Assembly (NCBI RefSeq): GCF_963921235.1
Contig: NC_086109.1
Location: 3,102,001-3,166,000, forward strand
DNA: 64,000 bases
Origin: Mobula hypostoma
Lineage: Eukaryota
Direction: 5' to 3'
Position 1 is the stretch's first letter; the number at the start of each line of letters is the position of its first letter. The translations under genes were made by a program, and so were the position numbers. Below, piece after piece: positions 1 to 12,203 of the stretch. The notes beneath the pieces are model-generated. The model saw only the letters and a list, made by a program, of their open reading frames with translations, did no database searches and was not told the DNA's origin.

Positions 1-1109
1 TATTCCTTTAACTGCTAAATTTATGCAGAACGGATGGTGACAGTGAGTTAATCAGTGAGCAGAGGAGCTTTGGGGCTGCCAGAAGATTAATCAGGATTCT
101 CTGACATGCCAGTCAGAGAAAAGGAGTGGTATTTTTATGACAGGTTAAATGCAGTCCCAGATTGGCAAGGGAAGTCTGTTTCATAATGATATGAGGAGAG
201 GGTGACAGGGGTGACAAAAACACCAGGTTGTTAATCATAAGGTGAGCTGAGATTCTGAGCTTAGGGTAATGAAGGCTGGAACATGAACAGTTGTTGTGTA
301 TCTTTAAATGCCAGTTGCTTCAAGGAAAACAAAGACAATTATTGAGAAATGTCAGGACATTTGATGCTCCGGCCATTCTTCCAACAGCTTGAGTTGATAA
401 TAATCATTGTCAGGCTTTGCAAGTTATATTTTTAAATACCTCTTTATAAGCAATTAATCATGGAAAAGACAACTTCCTTTGATCAACACTTCATGGAATT
501 TGAATAGTTATTATCCAAGGTTGAAAAATGTCACAAGGAATTTCTGCTCCGAAATGGACACTGACAGTCTGTCAAAGACAGTGGTGGCGTGGAACCCGGT
601 AAAGGAAATCTTCAACTGCAAAGGCTTTCCTGTGTTCAGGCAACATCTTAAGCATAGTGTTTGCCTTCCACAAGTGCATTTCCTCTTAATAATATTTTAA
701 GTAATTTAATATCAGTTCAAGATGTAATTTTCAAACAACACTAATCCTCCAGTGTACCAAATTGCTTCCATTAGTAGAATTACGCTAATGTGATTGAGAC
801 TCGGGTCGACTTTGAATGAATTCTGCACCAGTAGTATAGCTCTTGCATTTACTCAGAGCCTGAAGTGGATGACTTATAATATTTTAAAAAAATAGCCTGG
901 CTTGTTTTTATTTCTCCTCTATGTCGAAGTCTGTACCTCAGGGAGTGATAAGGGTGGCCTTCACGACGGGTGAAATACATCTTACATATACCATTCCAAG
1001 TCCTTTGTTCATGGAATCACAGAGTTGTACAGCACAAAACAAGCCCTTCAGCCCATCTTGTCTGCTACTATCTACATTATTTACACCCTACAGCACTCGG
1101 CCTGTTTCT

Positions 1110-1862
1110 TTCCATAGGACGTCTTCAAGGAACGATGCCTTAGAAAGGCAGCATCCTTTATTAAACACGCACATCACCCAAGACATGCCATCTTCTCATT
1201 GCCACCATCAGGGAGGAGGTACAGGAGCCTGAAGGCACAAACTCAGTGAATCAGGAACAGCTTCTTCCCCTCTGCCATTGATTTCTGGATGGACATCGAA
1301 CCCATGAACACTACCTCACTACAATTTTTTTTTCTTTTTGCACCACTAATTTAATTTAACTTTTTAAATATACATATACATTTACTGTTGGATGGCAGGG
1401 TCTTCTCTATGTCTCTACCAAAGGAGCTGTAAGCACCCCTTCCCTCCTCTAGCCTGCAGGTCACCCTTGGGCAAGGTGTAGCACCTGCTTAGCCCCCGAT
1501 CAGGGTCATGTGAAGCCATAGGAACACGTGGTGGATGGTTGTACGAGCAGCCAGTGCAGATCCTGGTTATGTGACCACTGACGCCAGACAGACAATCTCT
1601 GAAGAGTATTGATAATGGCTGGGGCCACCCATCTTGTAAATACACTGGCCAGAAGAAGACAATGGTGAACCACTTTTGAAAAATTTGCCAAGAACAATCA
1701 TTGTCATGGAAAGATCATGATTACCCATGACATACGACGCGGCACATCATGAATGAATGATACTTACTGTAATCCAAAGTTTTTATTGTGTATTGCATTG
1801 TACTGCTGCCACATAACAACAAATTTCATGACATATGTCGGTGATATTAAACCTGATTCTGA
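1110..1862 (+). mobile_element. Rex1/Babar LINE 3' fragment, interrupted by a SINE at 1389-1760
   Basis: Translates to ...RCLRKAASFIK..HHP.HAIFSLPPSGRRYRSLK...RNSFFPSAI; tail ends aaacctgattctga like the copies at 7.6, 24, 30.7, 40 and 56 kb. Confidence 0.8.
1389..1760 (+). mobile_element. SINE-like element with RTE (Bov-A-like) 3' tail, copy 1
   Basis: Collinear with 28090-28458 and 39463-39834; ends gaatgaatga; flanked by ttactgt on both sides. Confidence 0.75.
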
Positions 1863-2299
1863 CGTGTCTCAAGCGTTTGTCTAAATACTTCTTAAATATG
1901 ACAGGGAAGCAGCATTATCATCTCCTCAAGAGGCACAGCCCACCATCTGAGAAAAAATAATTTCTTCTTCAAATCCCTGTAAACACTCGTCTACCCCTTA
2001 CCTGAACCGTGTTTCTGATTATAGACCCGCCCATGAAGAAGAATAGATTTTCCTACCTCGACGTTCATCGTAGCTTTGGGTCAGGACTCGCCTTGGTCTG
2101 CTCGACTCCGAAGAAAGGAAACAAACACTGTCAATCCATTCCTACCTCTAAGAGATACTCCTTCACAGACAACTTCCTTGTGAACCTCCTCTCCAGAGTC
2201 ATCACCTCTTTCAACCAGAACTGCATACACTTTTAGCCAAATTTATGTTTTACATGGCTGTGCCTTGTTATTACATGCTATACCAGAGAGAAATGATGG

Positions 2300-2725
2300 G
2301 CGAAGCCTCCAAGCCAATGGTATGAACGTTAATTTCTCTAACTTACAGTAATTTCTCTAGACCCCTCCCTCCTTTCCTCTTCTTCCATTCCCATTCTGGT
2401 CCCCTTCTCTTCTCCTTACCTGCCTATCACCTCCCTTTGGTGCTCCTCCTCCTCCTACCTCTCCCATAGTTCACTGTCCTCTCCTATCAGATTCTTTATT
2501 CTTCAGCCCTTTTTCTTTTCCACCTATCTCTTCCTATCTCCCCGCCCCCCCCCTAACCTGGTCTCAGCTAGCACCTGCCATTTTGTATTCCTTCCCCTCC
2601 CTACTTTCTTATTCTAGTTTCTGTCCCTTCCTGACGAACGGTCTCGGTCCAAGATGTCAACTGTTTACTCCCCTCCATCGATGCTGCCTGACCTGGGTGA
2701 GTAGTTCCATTATTTTGTGTGTGTC
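2300..2725 (+). mobile_element. Old Penelope-like element (PLE) 3' fragment
   Basis: End of GIY-YIG frame (..LQANGMNVNFSN), pyrimidine tract, decayed ctgacga..hammerhead motif and gatgctgcctgacct tail. Confidence 0.7.
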
Positions 2726-2879
2726 ATTAAAATTAGCTTTGTCCCAATATGGGATCACTAATTTATGGACCATTCTCATTGTTTATCATGACTGTTTTAA
2801 AACTAATAAAATTATTGTCACTGGTCCTAAAATGATGGAAACTTTGAGTAAGTGGGGTAGCATTTTCCGAAAGGGAAAT

Positions 2880-3678
2880 AAAATGGTGTCAGCGACCAAC
2901 GGCGATGTCCTGCAGACAGTTCATGAAGCTTCTCCTTCTCGTTCTTCTTCCACTACTAATCTGTGTGTGATTGGAGCCTGTAATTTCCATTCTGATCATG
3001 AGTTTTTGGGCTGATTGAGCGATCTGGCACCTTTGCTGTCTCTGCGGGAATACGGTGTGGCTGAGAACGGAGTGTGGTGCGGCACGAACCCATGATTGCC
3101 TCCATTATTCGCCAATCTCACCGATTAAAGAGTCGAGAAAAATCAAAATCAGCAACGATGCGAGTGGAAGGCAAGTGGTTGCTCAGCGTCGTCCGCCTGT
3201 GTTTGACCGGTCTCACTCTCCCTCTCACCCGTTGCTGCCAGAGGAAGGTGCAGGAGTCTTGTCTTGGGCAAGATTTGATTGGCGTGGTTTGTGAACTGAC
3301 ATCATTATTAGAGGACTCTGCAGTTCATGTAATATGCGTTTCTGGTTACTTTTTTATTGCTATTTTGCGAGATTTTGATTGGAGCTCTTCAACACGCACT
3401 GGCATTGCGGCCTGAGTCAACCAACGGCACAACTCTAAGCTGAACTGAGCATTCCTGGACTTTCACGGACAGTGTGGTTTGATGTTTAATATTCTGTGTT
3501 ATTTGCTCGATATTCTGTTGTTAGCAATATTTGTTCCTTTTGTTCCGCGTTGAGTGTTTGATCTTCTCTTTAAACGGGTTTTATGGTGTTTGTTTGCTTC
3601 ACAACTGCCTATGGGAGGACAAATCTCATGTTGTAAACTGTATATATACTTTGATAATAAATCTACTTTGATCTTTGA
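2880..3678 (+). mobile_element. Non-autonomous LINE-derived element with Rex1-type tail
   Basis: Starts aaaatggtg (aagatggcg-like); ends ttgataataaatctactttgatctttgaa, the tail also found on RT-bearing Rex1 copies at 20.1 and 61.8 kb. Confidence 0.5.
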
Positions 3679-3704
3679 AGAATGAACATTGCAGGGTATG
3701 TATA

Positions 3705-4137
3705 ACAGGTAACCTCCAGCCTAATGGCATGAATACCAAATTCTCCTTCTGGTGTAAAAAAAATCCTTTCACCACCCCCCTTCTATTCCCCATTCTGACT
3801 CCTACTTCTTCTCACCTGCCTGTCACCTCCTCCCAGGTCCCCTGCACCTTCCTTTTCTCCTAGGATCCACTTTCCTCTCCTATCAGATTCCTTCTTCTCC
3901 AGCCCTTTTATCTATCCAACCCACCTGGTTTCACCTATTACCTTGTAGCTATCCTCCTTCCCCTCTGCCCTACCTTTTCATTCTGATGTCTTCTCCCTTT
4001 GCTCCAGTCCTCAAGAAGGGTTTCGGCCCAAAACGTTGACTCTTTATTAATCTCCGCAGATGCTGCCTGACCTGATGAGTTCCTCCAGTGTTTTGTAGCA
4101 CGTTGCTTTTGGATATCCAGCATCGGCTGAATTTCTC
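3705..4137 (+). mobile_element. Old PLE 3' fragment
   Basis: GNLQPNGMN end of GIY-YIG frame, decayed hammerhead motif, conserved PLE tail. Confidence 0.7.
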
Positions 4138-4353
4138 CAGTTTATATTTCTCCTTTCACAGATGCTGGGACTTCACAACATTCTCTGATTTTGCATTTTA
4201 TTGGGGCGCACAGATATTGCTTTTTATTGAGTCAGAGAGAGAGGCAACACAGAGACAGGTCCCCTAGGCCAGCAGGTCCACACTATTCCCCACATACTCT
4301 GAGACAACATTCACCCCATTCTCCTATCAGCATCCTTCACATTCAACCACATA

Positions 4354-5040
4354 TTAGATTAGATTAGATTATGAAGACATGCAGTCCTCTTTTATTGTCA
4401 TTTAGTAATGCATGCATTAAGAAATGATACAATGTTCCTCCAGTGTGATATCACAGAAACACAAGACAGACCAAGACTGAAAATCTGACAAAAACCACAT
4501 AATTATAACATATAGTTACAACAGTGCAGAGCAATACCGTAATCTGATAGAAGAACAGACCATGGACACAGTAAAAAATGTCTCAAATTCTCCCAAAAGT
4601 CCCAACATCTCATGCAGATGGTAGAAGGAAGAAAACTCTCCCTGCCATGAGCTTCCAGCACCATAAAATTGCCGATGCAGCATCCTGGAAGCACCCGACC
4701 ACAGTCCGACTCTCAGTCCGTACAAAAACTTCGAGCCTTCGACTAGCCTTCCGACACCGAGCACCGAGCACCATCTCTGCCGAGTGCTTCGACCCCAGCT
4801 CCGGCCGCCAGCAACAGGCAAAGCCGAGGATTCGGGGCCTGCCCCTCCGGAGATTTTCGATCGCACAATAACAGTGGCAACGAAGCAGACATTTCAGAAG
4901 TTTCTCCAGATGTTCCTCCATGCTCCTCACGTCTGTCTCCATCAAATCAGGATTGTGCACGGCCCCCTATTTAACAAATACGATATAATTTCACCAGAGA
5001 GGCCACGCGCGCTGTGTCGCGTCGCCATCTTCTCCTCCCT
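4354..5040 (-). mobile_element. Young non-autonomous non-LTR element with (TAATC)n tail
   Basis: Minus strand begins agggaggagaagatggcg, has a CpG-rich body, then aataaa and taatctaatctaatc at the 3' end; no coding signature. Confidence 0.6.
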
Positions 5041-5059
5041 CCAGGTCATAGCCAGGTGA

Positions 5060-5238
5060 TGATTTGCAGTGTTTATTAACCAACCGGCCTGTATATTGTT
5101 GGGATTTGGGATGAAGCCAGAGTACCCGTGGTTGGGGAGGCAATCTGCGCAATCACAGGGGAAATATCCAAACTCCACAGAGAGAACGCCTGGGGTCAGA
5201 ACAGAACCAGGTCCCTGGTGCTGTGAGACAGTGGCTCC
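5060..5238 (-). mobile_element. V-domain/HE1-like tRNA SINE, degraded
   Basis: Reverse complement of a tRNA head (B-box remnant) plus V-domain-like core; related to 27380-27540. Confidence 0.6.
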
Positions 5239-6169
5239 ACTTGTATCTAAGACCACAGGGACATTCAGGACCTGGCCGATGGAAAAAAAAACTATTTTAA
5301 TGTGTAATCAGCAGACCATCCCTTCCGAAAAGAGCTCCCTCTAGCTACACACTTAGAAAGCTGGTAATTTCTCCTTCCACAGGTCACGGTAATGTTCTGT
5401 GCACGAGTCAGCCTGTGGCCTTACCTTAATAGACCCAAGCCTGAGATCATTAAAGTCTTGCTGAGGAAGTTCGAGTGATGTGTTTGGCAATCAGATTCAC
5501 ATTCATTTCAGTGTAAGTTTCAGATGATTTAGAAAAACTGACTTGAAATATTAATTCCAGACATGAGAGGGATCTTTTACCTCAGGCTGCTGTTGGCATG
5601 TTAATGGCCTACTTAATTGTAATTTTTATAGCATTTATGATAGTCGTGTTAGGATTTCTATGGTCTGCATTGACAACTTTCTGCAACAAGCTCTTTTACT
5701 GAATAATTTAGAATTCTGCCTGAAGCCCTTTTTGGTATTTCAGCTGTATTTCTGAAGTTGAATTAGATGGGGGAAAAAATCCTCTTGAAACAAAAGAAAA
5801 CCCTTCTGTTGTCACAGAAGTAAATGAGAATGCTATTGCCAGATAACGTAAGCCAAAAGTAGCATTTTAATTCAAAGTTCAAAGTGCAAAGTACATTTGT
5901 TATCAAAGTACGCATACCATATACGACCTTGAGATTCGTCTCCTTACAGGCAGCCTCCAAATAGAGACCCAAGAGAACTCAATAAAAAATCGCCAAACAC
6001 CCAGCGTGCAGAAAAGAATTGTGCAAACAGTAAAAGCAAGCAAGTTTTTGAGGCTTCTCCAAAAAAGTCCAAAGGAACAACCTGCCCCAGGAACTCAGCA
6101 GACCAGGCAGCATCTGTGGAGAAATTTAGACCTTGCGGCAGGGCTTCCTTTCCCCCAACAGAACCCGTA

Positions 6170-6385
6170 ACATAGAAACACAGAACACGGAGCAGCATAA
6201 TACAGTACAGGCCCTTCAGCCCACAATCATGTGCCAACCTTTTGACCTTCTCTAAAATCAATCTAGTCCTTCTCTCCCGCATAGCCCTCCATTTCGCTTT
6301 CATGCATGTCCCTATCTAAGAGCCTGTCAAATCTTCTGAGTGTATCTGCTCCTACCACCACCCTTGATGGTACTTTCCATGTACC
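6170..6385 (-). mobile_element. Old CR1 3' end; continues at 7576-7588 and 8715-8795 beyond nested insertions
   Basis: catagaaacacagaac tail repeats, ggcccttcagcccac hairpin; sequence resumes collinearly after the insertions. Confidence 0.65.
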
Positions 6386-6414
6386 TACAGTACTGTGCAA
6401 AAGTCTTAGGCATA

Positions 6415-7090
6415 CAGTGGCATGCAAAAGTTTGGGCACCCCTGGTCAAAATTTCTGTTACTGTGAATAGCTAAGCAAGTAAAAGATGAACTGATTTCCA
6501 AAAGGCATAAGGTTAAAGATGACACATTTCTTTAATATTTTAAGCAAGAAAACTTCTTTATTTCCATTTTTTACAGTTTCAAAATAACAAAAATGGAAAA
6601 GGGCCTGAAGCAAAAGTTTGGGCACCCTGCATAGCAGTACTTAGTAACACCCCCTTTGGCAAGTATCACAGCTTGTAGACACTTCTTGTAGCCAACTAAG
6701 AGTCTTTCAATTCTTGTTTGGGGGATTTTCACCCATTCTTCCTTGCAAAAGGCTTCTAGTTCTGTGAGATTCTTGGGCCGTCTTGCATGCACGGCTCTCT
6801 TGAGGTCTATCCACAGATTCTTGATGATGTTTAGGTCGGGGGACTGTAAGGGCCATGGCAAAACCTTCAGCTTGTGCCTCTTGAGGTAGTCCATTGTGGA
6901 TTTTGAGGTGTGTTTAAGATCATTATCCTGTTGTAGACGCCATCCTCTTTTCATCTTCGACTTTTTTACAGACGGTGTGATATTTGCTTTAACTTTATGC
7001 TTTTTGGAAATCAGTTCATCTTTTACTCGCTTAGCTATTCACAGTAACAGAAATTTTGTCCAGGGATACTCAAACTTTTGCATGCCACTG
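6415..7090 (-). mobile_element. Internally deleted Tc1 transposon (IR/DR type) nested in the left mini-MITE
   Basis: ~105-bp inverted ends starting cagtggcatgcaaaagtttg; TA TSD; inner direct repeat gcaaaagtttgggcaccc near 6610. Confidence 0.9.
6571..6954 (-). pseudogene. Tc1 transposase C-terminal fragment
   Basis: QQDND.KHTS and WP.QSPDLNII.NLW motifs of the DD34E domain; N-terminal part deleted. Confidence 0.9.
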
Positions 7091-7688
7091 TATAGATATA
7101 GCTAGGGGACCTAAGATTTTTGCACAGTACTGTAGTAATCTTATGTATTGCACAGTACTGTTGCCAAAAATGAAACAAATTTCAAGACATGAACCTGATT
7201 CTGATATAGACTGAGAGTGGAAAGGGGACAGGGTGAAGGGATTCATGGTTGAGAAAAGGGGAAGGGAACGGGAAGCACCAGAGAGACATTCTAGATTGAT
7301 CAATAGACCAATTGTTTGGAATCAAATGACCTTGCCTGGTGTCTCAGGACTAAATGTGTCTGCACCTGTGCCAAATCCTCTCCACCCCGACAGTCCTTCT
7401 CTGCCACCTGTCCCACACCCATCCCATGGCGTTGCACCCTCACCATTCCCAACATCCTTTGCTCCCACCAGATTTAGAAGCTCACTGTCTGCTCCACGTT
7501 GACAAATACTGTACTGAGCAAAAGTCCTAGGCACCCTAACTATAAATACATGCCTAAGACTTTTGAACAGTACGATACCAACTCTCTGATTCAGGAATAG
7601 CTTCTTCCCCTCTGCCATCAGATCTCTGAATGGACATTGAACCCATGAACATGACCTCACTATTTTCTCATTTTGCACTATTTATTTA

Positions 7689-8600
7689 AGAACATAAGAA
7701 CTTTAAAAATAGGAGCAGGAGTTGGCCATCTGGCCTGTCGAGCCTGCTCTGCCATTCAGTAAGATCATGCCTGATCTGACCATGGACTCATCTTCAAATA
7801 CCTGCCTTTTCCCCATAACCCTTAATTCCTCTACTGTGCAAGAATCTATCCAACCTTGTCTTAAAACTATTTACTAAGGTAGCCTGCACAGCCTCATTGG
7901 GCAGAGAATTCCACAGATTCACCACTCTCTGAGAAAAGCAATTTCTCCTCATCTCCATCCTAAATCTACTCCCCCGAATCTTGAGGCTATGTCCCCTAGT
8001 TCTAGTCTCACCTACCAGTGGAACCAACTTTCTTGCCTCTATCTTATCTATCCCTTTCATAATTTTATATGTTTCTATAAGATCTCCTCTCATTCTTCTG
8101 AATTCCGGTGAGTACAGTCCCAGGCAACTCGATCTCTCCTCATAGTCTAACCCCCTCATCTCTGGAATCAACCTGGTGAACCTCCTCTGCACCACCTTCA
8201 AAGCCAGTACATCCTTCCTCAAGTAAGGAGACCAGAACTGCATGCAGTTCTCCAGGTGCAGCCTCACCAGTACCCTGTACAGTTGCAGCATAACCTCCCG
8301 GTCCTTAAATTCAATCCCTCTAGTAATGAAGGCCAATATTCCATTTGCCTTCTTGATAGCCTGCTGCGCCTGCAAACCAGCCTTTTGTGATTCATGCCCA
8401 CGCTCTCCCACATCCCTCTGCACAGCAGCGTGCTACAATTTTTTTACCTTTTAAATAATAATCTACTCTCTCATTTTTCTTTCCAGAGTGGATAAACTCG
8501 CATTTACAAACATTGTACTCCATCTGCCAGACCCTTGCCCACTCACTAAACCTATCTATATCCCTCATCAGACTCTCCGTCTCTTCTGCACAATATTGCT
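7689..8600 (-). mobile_element. CR1 LINE 3' portion (ORF2 C-terminus) inserted in a Rex1 tail (7589-7688 and 8601-8713)
   Basis: ORF 7794-8423: LVRLHLENCMQFWSP, RRMRGDLIETYK, RTRGHSLK, FSQRVVNLWNSLP. Confidence 0.9.
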
Positions 8601-9469
8601 TTTAATTTAACATTTTGAATATATATACTTACTTTAATTTCTCATTCTTATTATGTTTTACAATGCATTGCTACCACATAATAAAATTCACAGTGATATT
8701 AAACCTGATGCTGAAAAAATCCACCTGTGACACTCCCCCCAATCACCTTAAAATTATGCCACCTCATATTAGGTATTTCTGCCCTGGGGCAAAGGTGAAT
8801 AAGGAAAGTGTAAAATTTAATATTCCTACTGTGATTTGGTGGTGATGCTATCAATCCAACTGCTGATCCCTTAAGCTTTTCTGTTTGTGGTTTTTCCTAA
8901 AGAGAAAGGGGTACGGTGTGAAGGTACGTGCTGGGTGACGGACAGGATATCTCTTGGGTCCTGACTCATATTAAATAGGCAGTCAGATACCATAGGAACC
9001 ACTTACACCCCAGCCTACATCCATCTGTTGCTTGGTTGATGCCCGAGTGCACAGCTGACGAGCTCATATTGACGCGTCCCCAGATGCCGCAACTTGAGGT
9101 AACCTCCCCACCCCCCCTCCCCGTGGCAAAGAAATCGTGCTCGCCATTGATGTTTAAAGGTACAGTCAGCCCAGCCAGTGGTGGATATGGGATTCGCGGG
9201 CAGGGTGGTTGTATTTGTCATTCGCTGGACAAAGCACATCGCAATGATCACCAGGCGATAGTGTAGTTTACATGTCAATTCAAGGAAATTACGTTGATTA
9301 ATTTTGTAGCTCATTGTACCAACACGATTCCAATGAAGTGCACTGAGCTGCTTGTGGCTTTTGTGCTTAGATGCAAAAGGAAATGTAACTAACCAGCAAA
9401 AGAACTTTCCCACAAAGACATCATCATCGCAGTGATGTTTCCAGCCCTCATTATGAACTGTGGGCATTT

Positions 9470-9595
9470 GTGTCCAGATGAAGGGTCTCAACCTGGAACA
9501 CCAACTGTCTATTTCTCCTCCACAGATGCTGCCTGACCTGCTGAGTTCCTCCAGCATTCGGTGTGTTTCCCCAGGTATCTAGCATCTTCCGTCTG
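9470..9595 (+). mobile_element. Old PLE terminal fragment
   Basis: gatgaagggtctc..gatgctgcctgacctgctgagttcctccagca; a similar remnant lies at 10290-10400. Confidence 0.65.
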
Positions 9596-10739
9596 CACCT
9601 GTGTCAACCTGCGCGATATTAATTTGGAATCAATCAGCAATAACTAAAATCACCGCCACTCAGATCTCACTCAAGCTCGCAGGTGCAGTAAGAGTTAAAT
9701 AAAACCACATTTTACATTTTTCTGAGGTCAGGTAGTTTCCTACGTATGATTTTATAAATGCCATTACTGAACAGAGTTTGATCATTTGTTAGGGGTCTGA
9801 ATTCCACTCTGAAATGTAAGCAGGGGCTTGGGGTGGGAAAGATGATTCAGTAGTTGTAGAGTCTCTTGTGAATCCATTCACAGTTCGGGGAAGTAAATCC
9901 TCTGCTCCAGTTATTACAGCAATCACTTTTTGTTAAATTTCTGAGCTATTCAGTAACCCTTTTCATGTGCAGCTGTGACTGCAAAGAAAGTGCAGTGAAA
10001 ACGCAGAACAGATTCCAACATAAAATCATTATTGTGATCATTACAGTAACCCAAATGTACAGTGCCTTTATATTCCTCTTAGCACTGACATTCCTGCTGA
10101 CTCCTGTCCTAATTCTACACGGTGCAACTGAACGGTAAATGTGAGTTTAATCAACAAAGTCAACACAACGATTTCTAGACTATGCTGCCGGCCTGAAATT
10201 CTTCACAAGCACAAATCAGATACATGCTCCTTTGCTAACTTGAGAGCTGGATTTGTTAATGTGGTAACATCCTCTATCAAAATAATCATTTTCAGTCCGG
10301 AAGAAGGGTTTATTCATTTCCATAGCTGCTGCCTGACCTGCCGAGTTCCTCCAGCATTTTGTGCCTGTTACTTTGGATTTCCAGCATCTGCAGAATCTCT
10401 CATAACTATCATAATGAATTTATAAAAGGAATTCATGGCCGTGTGTGCTAATCTCTTGGATCAGATGCTGCATACTGGCTGATTTTTTAATGAATATCTG
10501 GAGTAGGTATCAATCACTAATATTATCATAATGAGAGCTAATGACACGTGCTGGTACAAAGAAATGAGACTAGATCTGTGATGCCCAACTGATTCAGCTT
10601 CACTATCTGGGGAAATATAATTTATAAGGAATTAATTGTGGCTCTTGATCTTTTGAAAACATATTTTTCTTTTGTTAATTGCATGCTTGTCCCAGAAACA
10701 AATGTTTTCCAAAATGCGGGGAGGTGTTGCAGAACTCGT

Positions 10740-10895
10740 AAACACAAAATACTCTGCAGATGCTGGGGTCCTGACAAAGGGTTCCAGCCAGAAACGTCGA
10801 CTGATCGTTTCCACGGATGCTGCCTGACCTGCTGAGTTCCTCCAGCGTGTTGTGAGTGTTGCTTTGAACCCAGCATCTGCAAAGTATTTTGTGTT
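10740..10895. mobile_element. Miniature palindromic PLE derivative (older subfamily)
   Basis: Inverted ends aaacacaaaatact.tgcagatgctgg / ccagcatctgca.agtattttgtgttt; flanking ttgcagaactYg repeat; decayed hammerhead core inside. Confidence 0.7.
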
Positions 10896-11118
10896 TGCAG
10901 AACTTGCGCAGTGCCAGTTCACGATAAGAAGACATTGATAGTGGCATACGGAGGCAGTAAAATGGCCTACAGCAGAGAAAAACACCAATCAACCAGGTTT
11001 GTATTAGAATGAATTGGCATCATTGGAATCTGCCACCAGCCCTTCAAACATGCACCAGAGTAGAGGCAAACTGTCACTGTCAGAGAAAAGAGAAATATTG
11101 CTCTGTAGAAATGCTTCT

Positions 11119-11720
11119 TCAGCCCAGTCACAGCAGCCAAATCATCCCCAGGTACTCTTCATCAGACCAATCACAGCAGTCAAATTATCCCCAGGTACTC
11201 TTCCTCAGACCAATCACAGCAGCCGAACCATCACCAGATACTCTTCCTCAGACCAATCACAGCAACCAAATTATCCCCAGGTACTCTTCCTCAGACCAAT
11301 CACAGCAGCCAAATCATCCCCAGGTACTCTTCCTCAGTCCAATCACAGCAGCCAAATCATCCCCAGGTACTCTTCCTCAGTCCAATCACAGCAGCCAAAT
11401 CATCCCCAGGTACTCTTCATCAGACCAATCACAGCAACCAAATTATCCCCAGGTACTCTTCCTCAGACCAATCACAGCAGCCGAACCATCACCAGATTCT
11501 CCTCCTCAGACCAATCACAGCAGCTGAACCATCACCAGATACTCTTCCTCAGACCAATCACAGCAGCCAAATCATCACCAGGTATTCTTCCTCAGACCAA
11601 TCACAGCAGCTGAACCATCACCAGATACTCTTCCACAGACCAATCACAGCAGCCAAATCATCTCCAGATACTCTTCCTCAGACCAGTCACAGCAGCAAAA
11701 TCCTCACCAGATACTCTTCG
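11119..11720. repeat. 43-bp minisatellite, ~14 copies
   Basis: Unit cagaccaatcacagcagccaaatcatccccaggtactcttcct in direct tandem with no spacers. Confidence 0.95.
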
Positions 11721-11722
11721 AA

Positions 11723-12200
11723 AGGCTGATTTATACTTGTGTGTACCAGCTTACGCCATAGCCTACGCAAGAGGGCTACGATGTTGTGAGCATTTATACT
11801 TGTGCGTTGGTGTATCTGCATCGCTCTGCAATTCGCACACATCAGACATGCGCACACACCTGCCCGTGCAAGGCTTCATGGAATTGGTAGTCTTTCTCGG
11901 GGTAAACAAGTTTAAAGCGAGCGTCTTTTTTCGTAAAAGCTTTATGGAAAGCATTGCAGCCAGAGTTCCTTCCCTGCCCTTCAGTCGCACAATGGGAAGC
12001 TATTGCAGCGTAGGATGAAATGCGATGCTACCAAGCAGACCAATCACAGTTGTTGCGGTCTGCGTTGCCGCGACGCGTAGTTACATTTTGAGAGAGGTGC
12101 TCGTCAGGCTGCGGCATAGGTATCCACGTAGGCTCTGCATAGGGTTCGCGGCTACGCCATACCTACGGCGTTGATTTGACGCAGAAGTATAAATCAGCCT
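11723..12200. mobile_element. MITE, probably PIF/Harbinger-type
   Basis: TIRs aggctgatttatactt / aagtataaatcagcct; flanks gaa / taa (imperfect 3-bp TSD); CpG-rich interior. Confidence 0.7.
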
Positions 12201-12203
12201 TAA

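Larger units (their letters stand above)
6388..7575. mobile_element. Composite non-autonomous Tc1-type element (mini-MITE, captured DNA, inverted mini-MITE), copy 1
   Basis: TIR cagtactgtgcaaaagtcttaggca occurs four times (6388, 7132, 7509, 7575); TA on both outer flanks; internal ~375 bp homologous to 29733-30141. Confidence 0.75.

Noticed and set aside
11009..11613. Two long overlapping repetitive ORFs (172 and 199 aa)
   Set aside because: By-product of a mostly stop-free 43-bp tandem unit that is not a multiple of three
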